A stretch of 57,554 nt of DNA, filler included, from Sphacelaria rigidula (GCA_964200075.2; 8 parts of 8 records of this genome joined end to end with filler, not necessarily neighbours in it), one strand, 5' to 3'. Positions 36,902 through 50,910 are shown, counted from the whole stretch's first letter. Made by a program: numbers and translations. The notes: generated from the letters alone by a model not told the origin.

Positions 36902-39541
36902 TTCAATGTTGGCAGACGTGCGTCACCCTTGTGTGTCTGGTGATATGTTCTTGTGGTGTTTTGTTTAACTATTTACTCTACCCGCGTGCGCTGTAATGGC
37001 CGCGCACAACGTTTTTGAGTGTATAGATTGAAACTATGTAGTAGGGCCGATATATTTGTGTCGCGGTATTTTGTCCCCTTTCCTCCCGCGATATTTCGTG
37101 TGGACCGTTCTCCGGTAGTACGTAGAACTCGTGATTTCTGTGGCGGTTGGGGTCTGTTCTTGTTAATTTTCTGTTCATATTTACGCGTTGTATCTTGCCT
37201 CTGTGTGTCTGCAAGTCAACAACCGCAAGTTCAGTTTTGAGTATATTTGTACAGCTCAGAGTCGTGTTTGCGAAGCGATTTTTTCTTCGTGTTCGTCTCG
37301 TGTCTTTTTACCCCACACGAGTGTGTGTTTTTGTGTCATTCTTGTTGTTTACCTTAGATGGGGTAAGGCTCCATGCAACCATGGCGGCAGACTGATCGCT
37401 TCACAGTTCCGCGACTGACGGTCACGAAGAAACGGAGACTTGATCTAGTTTGTTTACGCGTGTTTTTTTCTCCGGCCTGCCGCTCAGAACCCCCACCCCC
37501 TTCCCCCCCATTTAGTGGCTTAGTGTCAATCATTGTCCGTACCCCCGTCGCCCCCCCGCCCCCTAGAGTACACCCCCCTCTTCCCCCATCCCCCAGAAGA
37601 CAGTGCGTGATAATGGTGTTCTTCTCCCCGGGCAACAAGACCGACCAGAATCAATAGGATAGTGCCACCCCCTCAGCCCGTCGAACTATCTGTGCGGATG
37701 GTGACGAGTGGGCAGTCGTGTTTTTGCTCGGTCTTCTTTTTCACTTCAAAACCCTTGGACCGGGTAGCGTTTGGGCACCTTGCTACTCCGCAGGAGCAGC
37801 AGTCTTATTCGAGAAGCTTGGCATTCAAGATGATGCATCGGCAGATATGGGTATATATGCACTACTCCCGTGGCAGTCGTTGAGTACGCGGCGGTGCGAA
37901 ATAAGGGTGACAAGCGAGGCCTGTGAGTTTTTAATACGGTGCTTCAGGCATTCAACCGGATTGTGCATATTCGTTCTGAGACTTCATGTTTTTTTAGGGA
38001 GAAAATATACCCACGTTTCGGGGTGGGCTGTGTAGTGCCTTTCCCGCTGCAACAACCATCGTTGTGCGCTCGTGTGTGTTTGTGAGAGAGAGCGCGCGCG
38101 CGCGTGTGTGTTTCATGTGTTTTGTGATGTTAGTAATTGTGTATCAGCATGGTAACATGGATTATACCACCAGTTTTTGTTGAGGGCACGTTGTGTCGGA
38201 GGGTTGGGGGCGCGGGATCATGGGATGCCGCAAACACTAGAAGACACATTCGAACGCAAGCACACACATACCCCTTTCATCCACAGCGTTCACGGAAGAT
38301 GTTCGCACGAGCGGTGGGGCCAATTAATGGTGTCAATACCATACGGTGCTGTGCGCCCGTACGCCAGTGCCGTGGTGTCATGTCCGGGTGTGTGCACAGC
38401 ATGCGCGTTGTTAATTCGTCACTTTCATGTTGAAGCGGGATAGCAGGGCAAAGAGCATCCGGTACCGATCTTCATGGGGGGAGATACCGCCACCGCCGCC
38501 TCCGCTATCTGAAGCCCCATCCGTCATGGCTCACTCTACCATCCAACATTTCCTACGGTTTTACTTTTTCGTGACGAAAATACGTACGTGGATCCTGCCT
38601 GCCATGATTGCATGCGTAGTAGTATGACTGATGATTCAGTAGGCCGCGAGGCATCTGCGGCATGGCGGGGGCCGGCGCGGGTTGGAATATGACGGTTCTC
38701 GGGAATTTTCTATGCGCAGTTCGTAAAGTACGTAACTCGAGGCACCCAATACAGTTTGGTGCGTAGACTACTGTACGAGGTTGAATACTGTTCGCTGGTT
38801 TCTGTATCGAAATTGGTGCTGTCTTGATTGAATATTTGTTTTTTGTTTGATGTGATTTTTTTACTATCGGATTCATTTGTACATGTGGCGTGAATAGTGT
38901 GGCGTGAATAGCAGGAAATCGCAATGAGCGCGCCAGCTCACGAATGTGAGCGGCGTGAGCTTCATGTTTGAGGACGTGTCTTGCGGGCTTGTGGCGGAGG
39001 GGTCAGCTCCTAGAAAACGTTGTATTTGATGGACGCGTGGGGAGGATGTGATGCAATAAGTTTCTTCAACTTGTCACGGTATATCGGCTGGCGCATGCCA
39101 TATAAGTGGGTTCGTGGTGAGGCGAGTACCGAGCGTCATACTCTACAGCAAGACAACACAGGTGGAAAGGGTATGCTCAAAATCATTTCAAGCTGAGCTT
39201 ACATTTATACCCGTAGTGAGTTGGGGCGACGCTTCATTTCTCGCGCGTCGTTCGTATGATCGGGCCGATACGCTCGTTTCATTGTTTTCGTCCAATGGGA
39301 CAAGCTGCGTCCGTTGGGGTATTTGGATGGTATTTTTGAATGTATATATGCAAAGTTAATATAATTACGTCAACTTGTACTGCGCAATACTGACCTCTGT
39401 GCCACGTCCAAGCGCTTCTTGCAGGCGTCATGGCAGGGAGCCTTGCTCATGCCAGGCCTCGCTCGGCCATGGTCACGGCTTTGTAGATCAATGGGTGTTG
39501 ATGACGTCGTCCAACCTTTCTTTTTTTCTATCCGTCTCTAG

Positions 39542-39677
39542 GTGGGCTGATGGTATCTTGAGGAGGGAGCGTCGTCGTCGAAACATTCTAGTTGTGGTGC
39601 GGCAGCTATGTGTGACACTGAGGAGTATATTCGAAGCCACCTCCATATTAGCGGCTCATTTGACCTGCCAGACCGAC
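39542..39677 (+). CDS. Candidate internal exon of an unidentified gene
   Basis: Strong pyrimidine tract (ctttctttttttctatccgtctctag), one open frame WADGILRRERRRRNILVVVRQLCVTLRSIFEATSILAAHLTCQTD, donor GAC|gtgagg. Other candidate exons lie near 37793-37850 and 39425-39471. Confidence 0.35.
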
Positions 39678-39874
39678 GTGAGGAAAAGCGAAAAGAGAAA
39701 GAGTGGTATATGCAAGTAAACATGCACGAGATAACGAGCTGAGAGCGCGCGCAACTCGTACCTGCGTGTGTTGCTACCCGACACACCCACCCAGCAACTG
39801 AATCCGTACGGAAAGGGTTTATCGAGAAAACCTACAGAGTACACCGAAGTACCCTGACTACTTTCGGCGAAAAA

Positions 39875-40399
39875 CATTGTATTTAGCGTGAGACCAGTTT
39901 GTATGACGATGAATCTGCATCCTTTGTACAAATCATGGGGATTCCAGCCTCTCTGAAGGCGATTTCATGCCGGGGACTGATTTCTCGAACCCCTGTTTGT
40001 TGGGCAATATTTTTCGGCTAGCTGTGAAGAAAGCGGATACCTCTCCGGTTCTCTGGACGTCGACTTCTGGTATTTCACCTTTCTGCTCAAATGAAGACGA
40101 GCCCCTGAATATGTGCCTGCGAAGGATGGATTCGGGTCGCAGATAAGTTTTTGTACGCATGCATTCAGGCTTGTCTAAAATTGAGTAAAAAGATGATAAA
40201 CCTACAGTCAACGTCCAGAGAATCGGAGCATGTGTACATGGTTTCCTCACAGTAAGCCCAGAAACACTGCTCAGAGAACTGGGGCACGAAAACTTAATCT
40301 GCGTGAAAAAAATCATCATTAGAGAGGCTGGAATCCTCAGATTTGTACAGATACAGGTTGTTTGTCCCCATCAAGACTGACCTAAGACCGACTGTAATG
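39875..40399 (+). ncRNA. Long imperfect hairpin (~520 nt), candidate small-RNA precursor
   Basis: Arms pair along the whole length, e.g. tgtacaaatc..ggattccagcctctct with agagaggctggaatcc..gatttgtaca, and ttctctggacgtcgact with agtcaacgtccagagaa; short loop near 40130-40145. Confidence 0.45.
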
Positions 40400-40931
40400 G
40401 CACCCCAACATGAATCGCCATTAGACTGTGTTTTCTTTCCCGACATTGGGATTCTAGGACCGCATTCCCTCGGATATATTTTGTGGGCTTACTGAGATGA
40501 GCCCAGAGCAATTTTGCGTTCCTCCGGATGTGATACTTCAATGGGAGCCGACCTTTCCATTTCGATTCAAGCGTGCGAAATGAACATTCCGAGCGAGAAT
40601 GACTTCGACAATGAAGCTTTGCAATGCCTGACTCGCACGTTCCAGATGAAGGTCTGGCTTCAAAGCTGCAGCTTCAAGTTGACCTTTCAATGTGGAGCCC
40701 CGACTTTCAGGTCGAAGGTTCAACCTCAGTCAAACTACAAGTTGGACCCGCTACTCGACCGTTTTAAGGCTCGCGACATGCTGGGAGTCTTGACCAATCC
40801 ATGGACGATGGTGATATGTAGACGTGTGCGTGTTGCCATCCCATCTATTCTGGACGCCGGTCTACACGTTTCGGTATATGTGCGCGCACCAGCCGGGGTC
40901 ACATAGGAGGAAGGCTGACACAGGAGTAAAC

Positions 40932-41349
40932 AATGGATTCTCGAAAATGGGGTTGAAAAACAAAATGAGGTTCAACTCAAAAGCCGTGCTTTCTCTGACC
41001 TAAATTCATGACGAATTACTTTCATATGGACGACCCCATCCCTCTCGACCTGCCTGAAACTATCTCGGGGGATTTCCAGCCTTCCGTTCCCCCAAAGGGT
41101 ATGTGCGAAAGCACGATTTTTTGGGCCAAAAAGCGTCCTTTTTCACCCCCAAACCGAGGCAAAAGTGCACTTTCGCACATACCCTTTGGGAGAACGGACG
41201 GGCAGAAATCCCCCGAAATAGTTTTAGGGAGGTCGGGAAGGATGAGGTCGTTCGTATGAAAGTCATTTGTCATGAATTTAGGTCAAGGAAAGCACGGCTT
41301 TTGAGTTGAACCTCATTTTTTATTTCAATCCAATTTTCGAGAATCCATT
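40932..41349. mobile_element. Foldback MITE, related to 31029-31446
   Basis: About 180-bp inverted arms (aatggattctcgaaaat / attttcgagaatccatt); shared internal ctgacctaaa.tcatgac...atggacgacc. Confidence 0.88.
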
Positions 41350-41379
41350 TTTGGCTTTTCTTTTTCGTTTGTTTTAGTT

Positions 41380-41603
41380 CTCCACCTTCCTTCTGCGGTG
41401 CTTGCCTTCCTTTTTTGTGGCGAGAGGGGTTCCGTAGTCCCTTTCCCTCGTCGACCGGCAAGTCGAATTTTGTGTACCCACGAAATGGTCGCTCTCCACT
41501 GTTGGGTATGGTGTGGAAAAAGTCCCACATAACTCCGAGATTTGAACCCACGACCCGACCGTTAGAAGGTTTCGAATTTACCAACTGAGCCACCGGGGCG
41601 ACC
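41380..41603 (-). mobile_element. tRNA-derived SINE (same family as 13996-14180)
   Basis: Reverse complement reads ggtcgccccggtggctcagttggtaa...gggttcaaatctc...ccacaccatacccaacagtggagagcgacc. Confidence 0.8.
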
Positions 41604-42144
41604 AGCCCCAGACTTTCGCCAACGAGAGAACATATTCCACGTATGTTCCTTCTCGAACGAAACGTCGCAGCAGGCCAATATTTTTGAGCAGTGAAAGTGG
41701 GTTTTATGGCGGTCTAGCCAGGGGGCAGCGAAAAAACAATTTCTGGACACGCAGGCCCCAAGATCGAGAATTTGAGTTTTTGAGGGGGGGGGGGGCAGCC
41801 GTTTGTCCCTGGTTTATTGCCGAAGCGTTGGCGGAAGCGGTCAGCTGCCGTGGACAGTAGATAGAGGTAAATGCCTCAATTAAGGTACGCTTAAGGCACC
41901 TGACGGGGAAAAGCCTGGTTCGTGGGAACCACGGCACGTAGAACATAGGCCAGAGTATCCGGAGAGAGAATATTTAATCATCTTTCACCCTTTTTTTTCA
42001 AAATTGAAAAAAAATCAAACCAAGATGCAGGAGTAGAGTGGAGTATGGCTCTATTGACGTAAAAAATGCGGCCGAAACACGCTCTGTTTTAATTACAGTA
42101 AGCACACTTCACGCAGCAGTTGCTTTCTCGCGATCCTAGACGTT

Positions 42145-42959
42145 TCAGACCCTCTCCTTTGGAATACATGTTTATGAGATTAGTGCGATCCGTTGTGGAG
42201 AGAACAAAGAGAAGAAAGATGTAACGTGGGGATGAAAATCGCCTATTCGATGGTTTTCGAAACAAATTTCGCCATCAAGTCGGTGTTTGGCAACGCCGTA
42301 CTCGACGAAAACTACCTTTATTATTTGCTTTCAACCCATTGGAGTACGTTGTGACAGTAATCTCCCAAATTTTGATGTCCATCGGTTACGATTAAGGTAC
42401 TCTATGACGCACGCTGAGTGATGCCCCCTAATCACTCGTTTTTCACCAGAAATAATGACTACGAAAATGGAACACCTGGGACGTTTTAGACCTTCTCCTT
42501 CGAAACAAGTTGTATGAGACTAGTGCGGTCCTTTTTGCAAGAAAACAAAATGTGGGGATGAAAATGGCCTATCCCCTGTCTTTCGGAACGAATTTGGTCA
42601 TTAAGGCGGTGTTTGGCAACGCCGTACTCGACGAAAACGTTCTTTTTCTTCTTCTGCTTTTTCAACCTATTGGAGTACGTTGTGATAGTAATCTCCCAAA
42701 TTTTGATGTCCATCGGTTACGATGAAGGTGCTCTATGACGCACGCTGAGTGATGCCCCCTAATCACTCGTTTTCCACCAGAAATAATGACTACGAAAATG
42801 GAACTCCGGGACGTTTTAGACCTTCTCCTTCGAAACAAGTTGTATGAGACTAGTGCGGTCCTTTTTGCAAGAAAAACAAAATGCGGGGATGAAAATGGCC
42901 TGTCCCCTGTTCTTCGGAACGAATTTGGCCATTAAGTCGGTGTTTGGCAACGCCGTACT
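42145..42959 (+). repeat. Tandem repeat, ~330-bp unit, ~2.4 copies
   Basis: ggggatgaaaat...ggtgtttggcaacgccgtact recurs at ~42228, ~42554 and ~42885. Confidence 0.9.
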
Positions 42960-44899
42960 GTGATGAAGCTCAGAGGCGTTGCAAGATATACTCTGTGCGG
43001 GTCTGCTCGTAGACCCTGGATTCCGTGACGCGTTGTTACCGCGTTTGATACTGTCATAAGTTAGGGTTGTTTAGCCGCGGCCCCACGCAGCGGTCCCCCT
43101 TCTTGATCAGTTGCTGCCCTTGCCGTGGTCTACCCTGGGCCANNNNNNNNNNNNNNNNNNNNNNNNNNNNNNNNNNNNNNNNNNNNTTAATTAATTAANN
43201 NNNNNNNNNNNNNNNNNNNNNNNNNNNNNNNNNNNNNNNNNNGAATAGCGAAGTGCATGGTTTAAGGTTCCTTCCTGTCCTCTGGGGACAAAAAAAAAAA
43301 TGTGCCGAGGCCCTTATGATGGCGTATCACGCCGATGGGACGCTGAAAGATCGTGCATCTCCCCACCTCACGTCAACCAGAGGAGGCGCGAGTTTGTTGC
43401 ACTTGAAGCTGCTCCCACTACTGAGCGGTACCCAGCCGTTACAACGTATCTTGAGGATCAACATAGGGGTGTACTCATCATCTTGCATACCGTTGTGATA
43501 TGACCATTGACCGACATAGCAGAGGGGGGGGGGCGGTGAAGCAGCATCGAAAATACCTATTTTGGGAAGAGCGAAGGCGAAGGCGAAGGTAGACTACTAT
43601 GCCGTGGCGTAACAGGGCAATTATGTATTATACCCGATAGTACCACAAGATCAGAAATGCAAGGGTCGCCTAACTAGGATTATTGCCCTCGTGACATACG
43701 CCTTCGTCGACTTCGATGGCACTGAGAACCTTCAAATGGCGAGAGAATTCATCAAACCTTTTCGTGATGAAGAGAATCCACGATATAGGGCGTTTCCGTG
43801 AAAATGTGACTTGGTGAGGCTAGTATACGCACCTCCACCACGACGTGCCAGTACTTGATCTTCTCGACGGTGGCAGATCCCTTAACGATGAATTCCGCCC
43901 CAGCGAACGCAACACACGCAGGTGTCACGATATTTTTTCCAGCGAAGAACTGCACCGCCCCCCTCATCTCTGGGTTGATGTGCATCACTCGTGGAAAAGT
44001 GCCCCGAAGCTTGCTCCTAGAGTATGCACCGGACGAGCAACGGGAGGAACGTCGCAAACAGAGTAACGAGGAACCGGCGGGCATAGAGCGCGGTTACAAA
44101 GGTTCCATGAATCAAAATAGGGCAATGAAAAAGGCAAGAACCCACTCTGAATGCAGCTACCGCATGAGCATATCCCGGAATTTGGGGAGGGCAGAGATCC
44201 CGGAAAACGTGCACGAGAAACACCGAAATTAATATTGTCAAGCAGGTCTACGATCCACCATCGTGAGTGTATTTACGTCGCTCACGTGACGGTCGCTTCA
44301 TTACTCGCGCAGCACTACATCTCTACGTTCAATGTACGCTCATCATAGTCGATGCATTCTGCGAAGCACGTGGCTATCCATTCTCAACTCATTCAGCAAG
44401 TGCTTCACTCCCGGGTGTTTATAGAGGCAGTCGCAAGCCGTGTTGTATGGTAGCAGTCGTGCGTCCCGGAGATGTCTAAGCGTCCCCAGCTCGTTCACGT
44501 TTCGCACAATTCCGCTAGGCTGACGGCCGTGGCCGAAGTTCAGCAGGGACTGCTTGGACGCAAAAGCAGACAGTAGGTATTTCGAATTATCCAACGAAGA
44601 GAGCATGCGCGCAAATCTGAATATTTTCATGACAGGACGTTCTACCACAATGTCGCCGCAAATATGCACCCATCCCAGTGGCTTTAATTAGGTTGGAGGC
44701 TTAGCCAGAGAGAGCGACGAGAACAGGTTAAACATCGCCACCATGTGCCGCTCGCACCGCCCGAGCTACAAACTAGGCAGGTCGGCTGCCCTGCATGGAC
44801 CAGCGATACCCCGATCGCAACATGACATCGCGAGAACATTCATCATTTCGAGCCTGACCGCAACACTACCTTCCTACCTTCCACAATTTACGGCGACGA

Positions 44900-46250
44900 A
44901 AACTACTCTCGCTGCTTCCTTAAATTCACAGTGGTCAAAACGAGGCGAGTATTGCGAGATACCGCTTCTCATCGCATTTTCTGCTGACACGTCTTATACA
45001 CCAACACGGTTTTGCATGCCTACCGCAGGTAGGTGTACGGTACACTACCTTCGTTGCACGGTAAGCGAAGGCACGCGCTTGGGCCTCCTGCATGACCACC
45101 ATTGGCTTCCAGCTTGATGGGTACGCGACGCTTTGATCTAGCATCCGTACGAAGTCGGCGTGGTCCCATGCCTGTCCGCATTGAATAGCCGAGAGTGTCC
45201 CAAGTGAAGCGAATAAACTCTCAGGGTGAGCTTTCGCCACGAAATATATCATGCGGTCACGGTAAACATGGTTCTCGTCCATCATTTTGACATTTTTATG
45301 TCCCACACCGCTTGTTGGATGTTGAATGGACGAGCTTAATGAGAGGAGTCAGTATTGGTGTAGAGTCAACGCCTGATCAAATGGGGTCGATGCCACGCAT
45401 TATCGGGAGAGAATAATTGAATTCATTCGTACCACTTTGCTCACAATGCGCCGTGATCGGTCGCAGCGATACCACCCTTCAAGAAGACGGGCAAAACATC
45501 TACTAGCGCGAAACGATCCAGAGATTCAGTTGCGGAATTTCACATCGGTTTGCGCAAACAGGCACTCGATTTGCTTGGAACATATGAACCTAGTAATCGC
45601 AGTGGCACTTGCAATGTCGTGATCCACAACTCAACACAAGCACAAACGAACCTGGGAGATTCACGGCCCCAGGCTACACGACAACACATACAGTAGCCCA
45701 AGCCGTAGCTGTAGAGCAGCTGGGTAGGATATGTTTTGCTTCAGTCAAATCCGTTCAAAGCGCAAGGAGCAGCAATATTTTCTACCGCACGCGCACCGAA
45801 AACACCCACACAAAGGGTCAGCATCGGTAGATTTTCAATCGCATAATGACACGTACACGCCCGTCCGCCATCCAACACAACACGGATCTCCGTCAAACAG
45901 ACTGCTTTGTATAAATGAGCAAGGTCAAGCGCTGGAGCAAATGCGCGTGCGTGGCGGGTGTCGGTGCATGTTTTTCGGGGCTCGGTGTGTTACACGTGTT
46001 GTCTTTCCCCGTCACATATTTCCTGTACCAAAGTCAGATATGTCGGACCGACCACTACAAGAAATGGCGCACGCCGCACCTTTGAACCTATTTACAATTC
46101 TGGTTTGGATCTGGAGGAGATATTTTTTTCGGTAAGGCTCGAATGTCGTAGTTGTGGGCGTAAGTCTGTCGGCAAAGTGGATGAGCACAAAGCTTCCATC
46201 CGTGCCGATGAGATGGACCCTTAGCACGAGTCGCACAACACCAAGCTTTC
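44900..46250 (-). pseudogene. Possible decayed DNA-transposon (hAT-like) coding remnant
   Basis: Fragments IVNRFKGAACAISCSGRSD and RMIYFVAKAHP loosely echo hAT motifs; many stops; weak. Confidence 0.25.
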
Positions 46251-47370
46251 AGCGACTAGACCTTCAGCGGTATTTTTACATGTTCGAGGAAAGCGGGTTC
46301 GAGTTTCCTCCTTTCCTGCGTCGTTCTGCTGTGTTTGCTGACATCCTATTGCATGAATATGCATGTGACCGCATGTACTGGCGGTTCGATCGTTACTGCC
46401 TTCTTTGCACTCTGACGGTCAATGTGCTCCTGCTCGTGGCCATGCACGATTTATGATCACACGCGAGATGTGCGTGGCAACACCCATTTTCATGTGGACA
46501 TTTCTCCTCATCAAAAGCGCCTACATCGACCCCCCCACCCCCCGGAGCCCCTCCAACGGGCGTCCTATCGGGGGTCCAGGCGGTTGAGCGTTTACTTTGG
46601 CGCTTCGACCGCGGAATGCTGTAGTCACTGTTGAGACTGCTATTGCTAACATATTGTCCTCGTGACCTGATTTTGGTAAACAAATGATGCGGTCAAGATT
46701 CCCGACGCTTCCGGTTGGATCATTCACACCTTGAGCGTGCAGATGAGCACCTGAATCTGACGGTCACCTTTCAAGTGAACATGATACCGATTCAATAGAT
46801 GAGCACCACCTTGGCGCCCAAAGCGTCAGCTACCTTAGAAGTTCTGATTTTCCCCCTCATTCACTCCAGCCACCCTTCGCAGTTTTCGGGTGGCAGCATT
46901 TCTGTCTACATTGCGAGTGCAAGACCTTGTGTGCCTCAGCTACCTACCTATCGAGATGGGACTCTCCTCGAGTGTTGATGTTTTGACATAACCGACAAAC
47001 CTCAGCAAGTGCACTCCCCATCACCCCGAGGCGTAGAAACCTCCCCTCGGTGCTACTTCAATCCGAAGCTGCCGCCAAAAAACGCGTTTCGATTTTCACA
47101 CACTTCGGGTGTCTCATATACATATGCGTGTCATGGCAAGGGGCCTTACAGACTGGAACGCTATCGATCCGTAATCTATTCATGTCCAGTTGTGCCCGTG
47201 AGAAACCGGGAGACAGAGCAAATGAATTGGGGAATTCGCAACCGGAAAAGAACCACCAGGAGGAAATAAAAGAGAGTCGAGCAAAGAGCTCAGCGAAGAA
47301 ATGCTGCACTGTCAGCGAGCACACATCGACGATTCTACAGGAATCGTTGGTAAGGTGCCGTACCGAGCGT

Positions 47371-47737
47371 ACCCCCGGTATTTACCGGGGTAGCCCATAC
47401 CGTGGTATGCGTAGGTATCGTAGGTATGAGTCTTGAAAATACCCGATTGAGTGAGTACGATAGGTATTGAAATATCGAAATACCGTGGTATCGTAGGTAT
47501 GAGTCTTGAAAATACCTGACTGAGCGGGTACGGTAGGTACTGGTATCTCGAAATACCGTGGTGTAGTAGGTATCGTAGGTATGACATATGAAAATACCCG
47601 ATTGGGCGGGTACGGTAGATATTGAAATATCGAAATACCGTGGTATCGTGGGTATCGTAGGTATGACATTTGAAAATACCCGATTGGGTCGGTATCGGTA
47701 GGGAATGAGATGTCCCAAACACCGGTACCGGATACCT
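47371..47737 (+). repeat. Internally repetitive dispersed element, copy 1
   Basis: Units of ~65-75 nt (aaataccgtggt...ggtatga...aaaatacc.ga.tg.gcgggtac); near-identical copy at 49296-49589. Confidence 0.9.
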
Positions 47738-48256
47738 CCCTTACCCTCTATACCGAATTCAACAATGTCATCCGGCAGTGCGGAGAAGCGTTTCAGGGCG
47801 TGTCTTGGCGGAAGCGTTTGAGGACACGTGGCGACGCGCGGACAAGCGAGAATCAGACTGCCGTCACAAGCGAGAGGCTGCTGCGCCGAGGGCTGCCAAT
47901 CGGAAAATCATGTCCTCTCATATCGGTTGTTGATTATGTCCTTAGTCGGTGGCTCTGCGGTACCCACTGGTGTGTGTCTGTATCTCCTCTGCTGCCCTGA
48001 ATCCCTCAAGCCTTTTTTTCCCATCGTTTCATTGTTTTTTATTTCATTTGCTTTTTACTTTCCTCTTGTTTTCCTTTTTCTTGTTTCAAGTCGGCCATTT
48101 CTTTCTGTACTTTGCTTGTGTTGATTTTTTATCACTTTTTTTGTCACGACTTAGTCTGCTATGTCGTTTTGTTCGACCCCTCTTTTTTTTTTCCTGTTCC
48201 TGTTTTTTCTGTTTGTTTGTTTTTCCTTAGAGCGTGTTTCAGTTTGTTTTTGTTGG

Positions 48257-48341
48257 GTACGTCTATCATGAGACCACGGCTGGATCATGACCCCTGGGGG
48301 GTCAGTTCAAGTGCGACAATCAATCAATCATCAAATCAATC
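48257..48341 (+). mobile_element. Retroposon 3' end with (ATCA)n tail; further copies at 19087-19171(-), 19277-19345(-), 28287-28355(+), 33333-33393(-), 53897-53954(+)
   Basis: Conserved atcatgagaccacggctggatc...ctgggg..cagtt.aagtgcgacaatcaatc, usually preceded by a T/C-rich tract. Confidence 0.75.
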
Positions 48342-49295
48342 TTGGCAAGAAAAAAAGTATCGAAAAAATGTGGCGGTGGAATTGATTTGAGCGAAAATCG
48401 CACATTGTTGTCGAGTTGGTTTCCATCGAATTTTCAAGCTTTCGATAAAAAAATGATGGTGAAATTCGTGAAACGGTACATAGTCACTCGTGTATAGTAC
48501 AGACAGTCTGTACTGTCTGCACTGCTTGCAAGCAGTGTCTCGAGTGCGTGTGTGCGTGTTTCGTACGGTGAGATTTTCAAGAAAAGCGCGCAACGCGCAG
48601 TGCGGACAGCCCAGGACTATCAGTTCCCTCTGCTTGCAATGCGACGGGAAGAGGACTTCAAAAATATGCAGCTTTGGACTGCTTGCACTGTCCATGAGCG
48701 TGTGCGCAACTCGGTTGCCCACCCTACCACGCAGTTCCGTCGCTCATCCCACCACGGAAGAAGATGCGCAAGTTTTCGCCAACAAAAAGTAAACGAAGCA
48801 CACCCAACTACTGCAGCGTATCTATCCCTGTGCTCGGCTCGTACTCGATGCTGCAGGGTTGGGATGGTAGCTAAGAATGAGTTGGACGGAGTTAGCATGG
48901 TTCTGCCAATGGGTTTTATCTGGTGTGGTGGTCTGTAAGATAGGAGTCAAGTGCCGCTTCGTGCCATACGACCCCATGGTTTCGATCGAAAAAGCTCAGC
49001 TTCTTTGCTTTGGAGTTTTCTCCGGGCGCCACTGATTACAAATTGAAGTTGAAGCCTTCCAACAGCAGAAATGCGGTGGACCTACCAGATCGAGAAAACA
49101 AATCGACCGCACTTGAGACTACATAATAATGACTTCATTCTAACTGATCCGAACACGCAAATCAGGGGGAATCTAGGTATATATTACTTGTGAAAACAAG
49201 ACGTACCTGGTCCGACAACTTCTGGCCTCTGCATAATAAGTTGGGACCAGCTGCTGCACCGTGGGGAGTGCATCGCGTCCGGTATTACCGGGTAT

Positions 49296-49589
49296 ACCCC
49301 CGGTATTTACCGGGGTATCCCATACCGTGGTATGCGTAGGTATAGTAGGTATGAGTCTTGAAAATACCTGACTGAGCGGGTACAGCAGGTATCGGTATCT
49401 CGAAATACCGTGGTGTAGTAGGTATCGTAAGTATGACATATGGAAATACCCGATTGGGCGGGTACGGTAGGTATTGAAATATCGAAATACCGTGGTATCG
49501 TGGGTATCGTAGGTATGACATTTGAAAATACCCGATTGGGTCGGTATCGGTAGCGTATGAGATGTCCCAAATACCGGTACCGGATACCT
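49296..49589 (+). repeat. Internally repetitive dispersed element, copy 2 (one unit shorter)
   Basis: Same ends (acccccggtatttaccgggg ... accggtaccggatacct) as 47371-47737. Confidence 0.9.
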
Positions 49590-50635
49590 ACCTCACCTAC
49601 GGTGCCCGTGGACGATTCTAGCGGAAAGAAAAACCGTAATAAGACTACTGCATGTTGTATACCGTACAAGTATACGGTGCACGAGGTTTTGCGTTTGTCT
49701 CCTTAGGCAGGTTCTTGTCCGAAATGATTCTTGCTTTTTGAAATTCACTTCTGAAAAATATGGCTGTGATTGGTCGCTGTGATATTACGCTCCCCCCGAA
49801 AATGCCCCAAAATAATTTTTTGCGACAATGATTTTGTGTCCACCTCGAAGAGGAACATAGATTCCCCGTTGACAGGTGAAAATACATAGCTCGAGCCGTA
49901 GCTGCTCATAAGCTGAGCACGTTGAGCACGTTGTACTTGACCTTTCTCGAAGCTATTGAGAATTCGATGAAAAGCGATGATTTGTACGGGACACGAGTAC
50001 AGCACACGCACACAAACGGTTAGGAGCGGCGCGTTTTCGGTTGTAATTTGGTATGCGTTGTTGCGTCTTGTCTGTAGCAGTACAGATATGTTGGACTAAC
50101 ATCCACTTCCAGAACGGCCGCATTTCTGAACTTGTGCGCAGATCTGGCCTTTGATCCAGACGAAAAATGCTTCTGGATAAGACTCAAACGGTTCATTATG
50201 AGGGCAACTATTTTTTCAATCCTTCTGGTACTGGCACTTGAAAAGTGCTGATTTCGAGATGCTATTTTTTTAATAAGAGCAATGGACTAGAAAAGGTATA
50301 CCTTCTCGTTTTTTGCCCAAGAAAGGTACGAAAAATGGCCAAAAACGCNNNNNNNNNNNNNNNNNNNNNNNNNNNNNNNNNNNNNNNNNNNNTTAATTAA
50401 TTAANNNNNNNNNNNNNNNNNNNNNNNNNNNNNNNNNNNNNNNNNNNNTTCCCGAGTGATCCACTTTGCCTCAACCCCACGACTTACGGTCAATCCTTGA
50501 CTACATAACCCGAGGGAAATCATCGGCCACCTTCGACGGTTTCTACCATCACCGGGAGTCTCACGACTTCCACATAGCATAACATTATTTGTCGACAAAA
50601 ACCTAAACACGGAAAGCTTACGTCAGCTAAGTTAC

Positions 50636-50910
50636 CTGGCGACCCTGTGAAACTTCGTGTGCTCCACGCTCCTCGCACCTACGCACGGCGGCAAGCCACC
50701 GTCAACGACCCTTGCTACTCCTCCGCTGACCCGAGCCTCGTCACTGCCGCAGTCCGAACTGATTTCACTACTGGATTCTCGACTCCGAACATTGCCGTTG
50801 CCACCGTTAAGGAGGCCCGTCGACCACGACCCTCTCCACCGCTGTCGCTGCTTGTGGTACAACAGCACAATCCCAGCAGCTATATCTGATGGAACCACAT
50901 CTAAATACTC
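50636..50910 (-). CDS. DAGL: DAGL-like exon (DVVPSDIAAGIVLL)
   Basis: tttcag|GAG TAT TTA GAT GTG GTT CCA...GCC AG|gtaact. Confidence 0.82.

Noticed and set aside
47371-47737. CRISPR-like array
   Set aside because: The units are degenerate tandem repeats without unique spacers; the context is eukaryotic and there are no cas genes.
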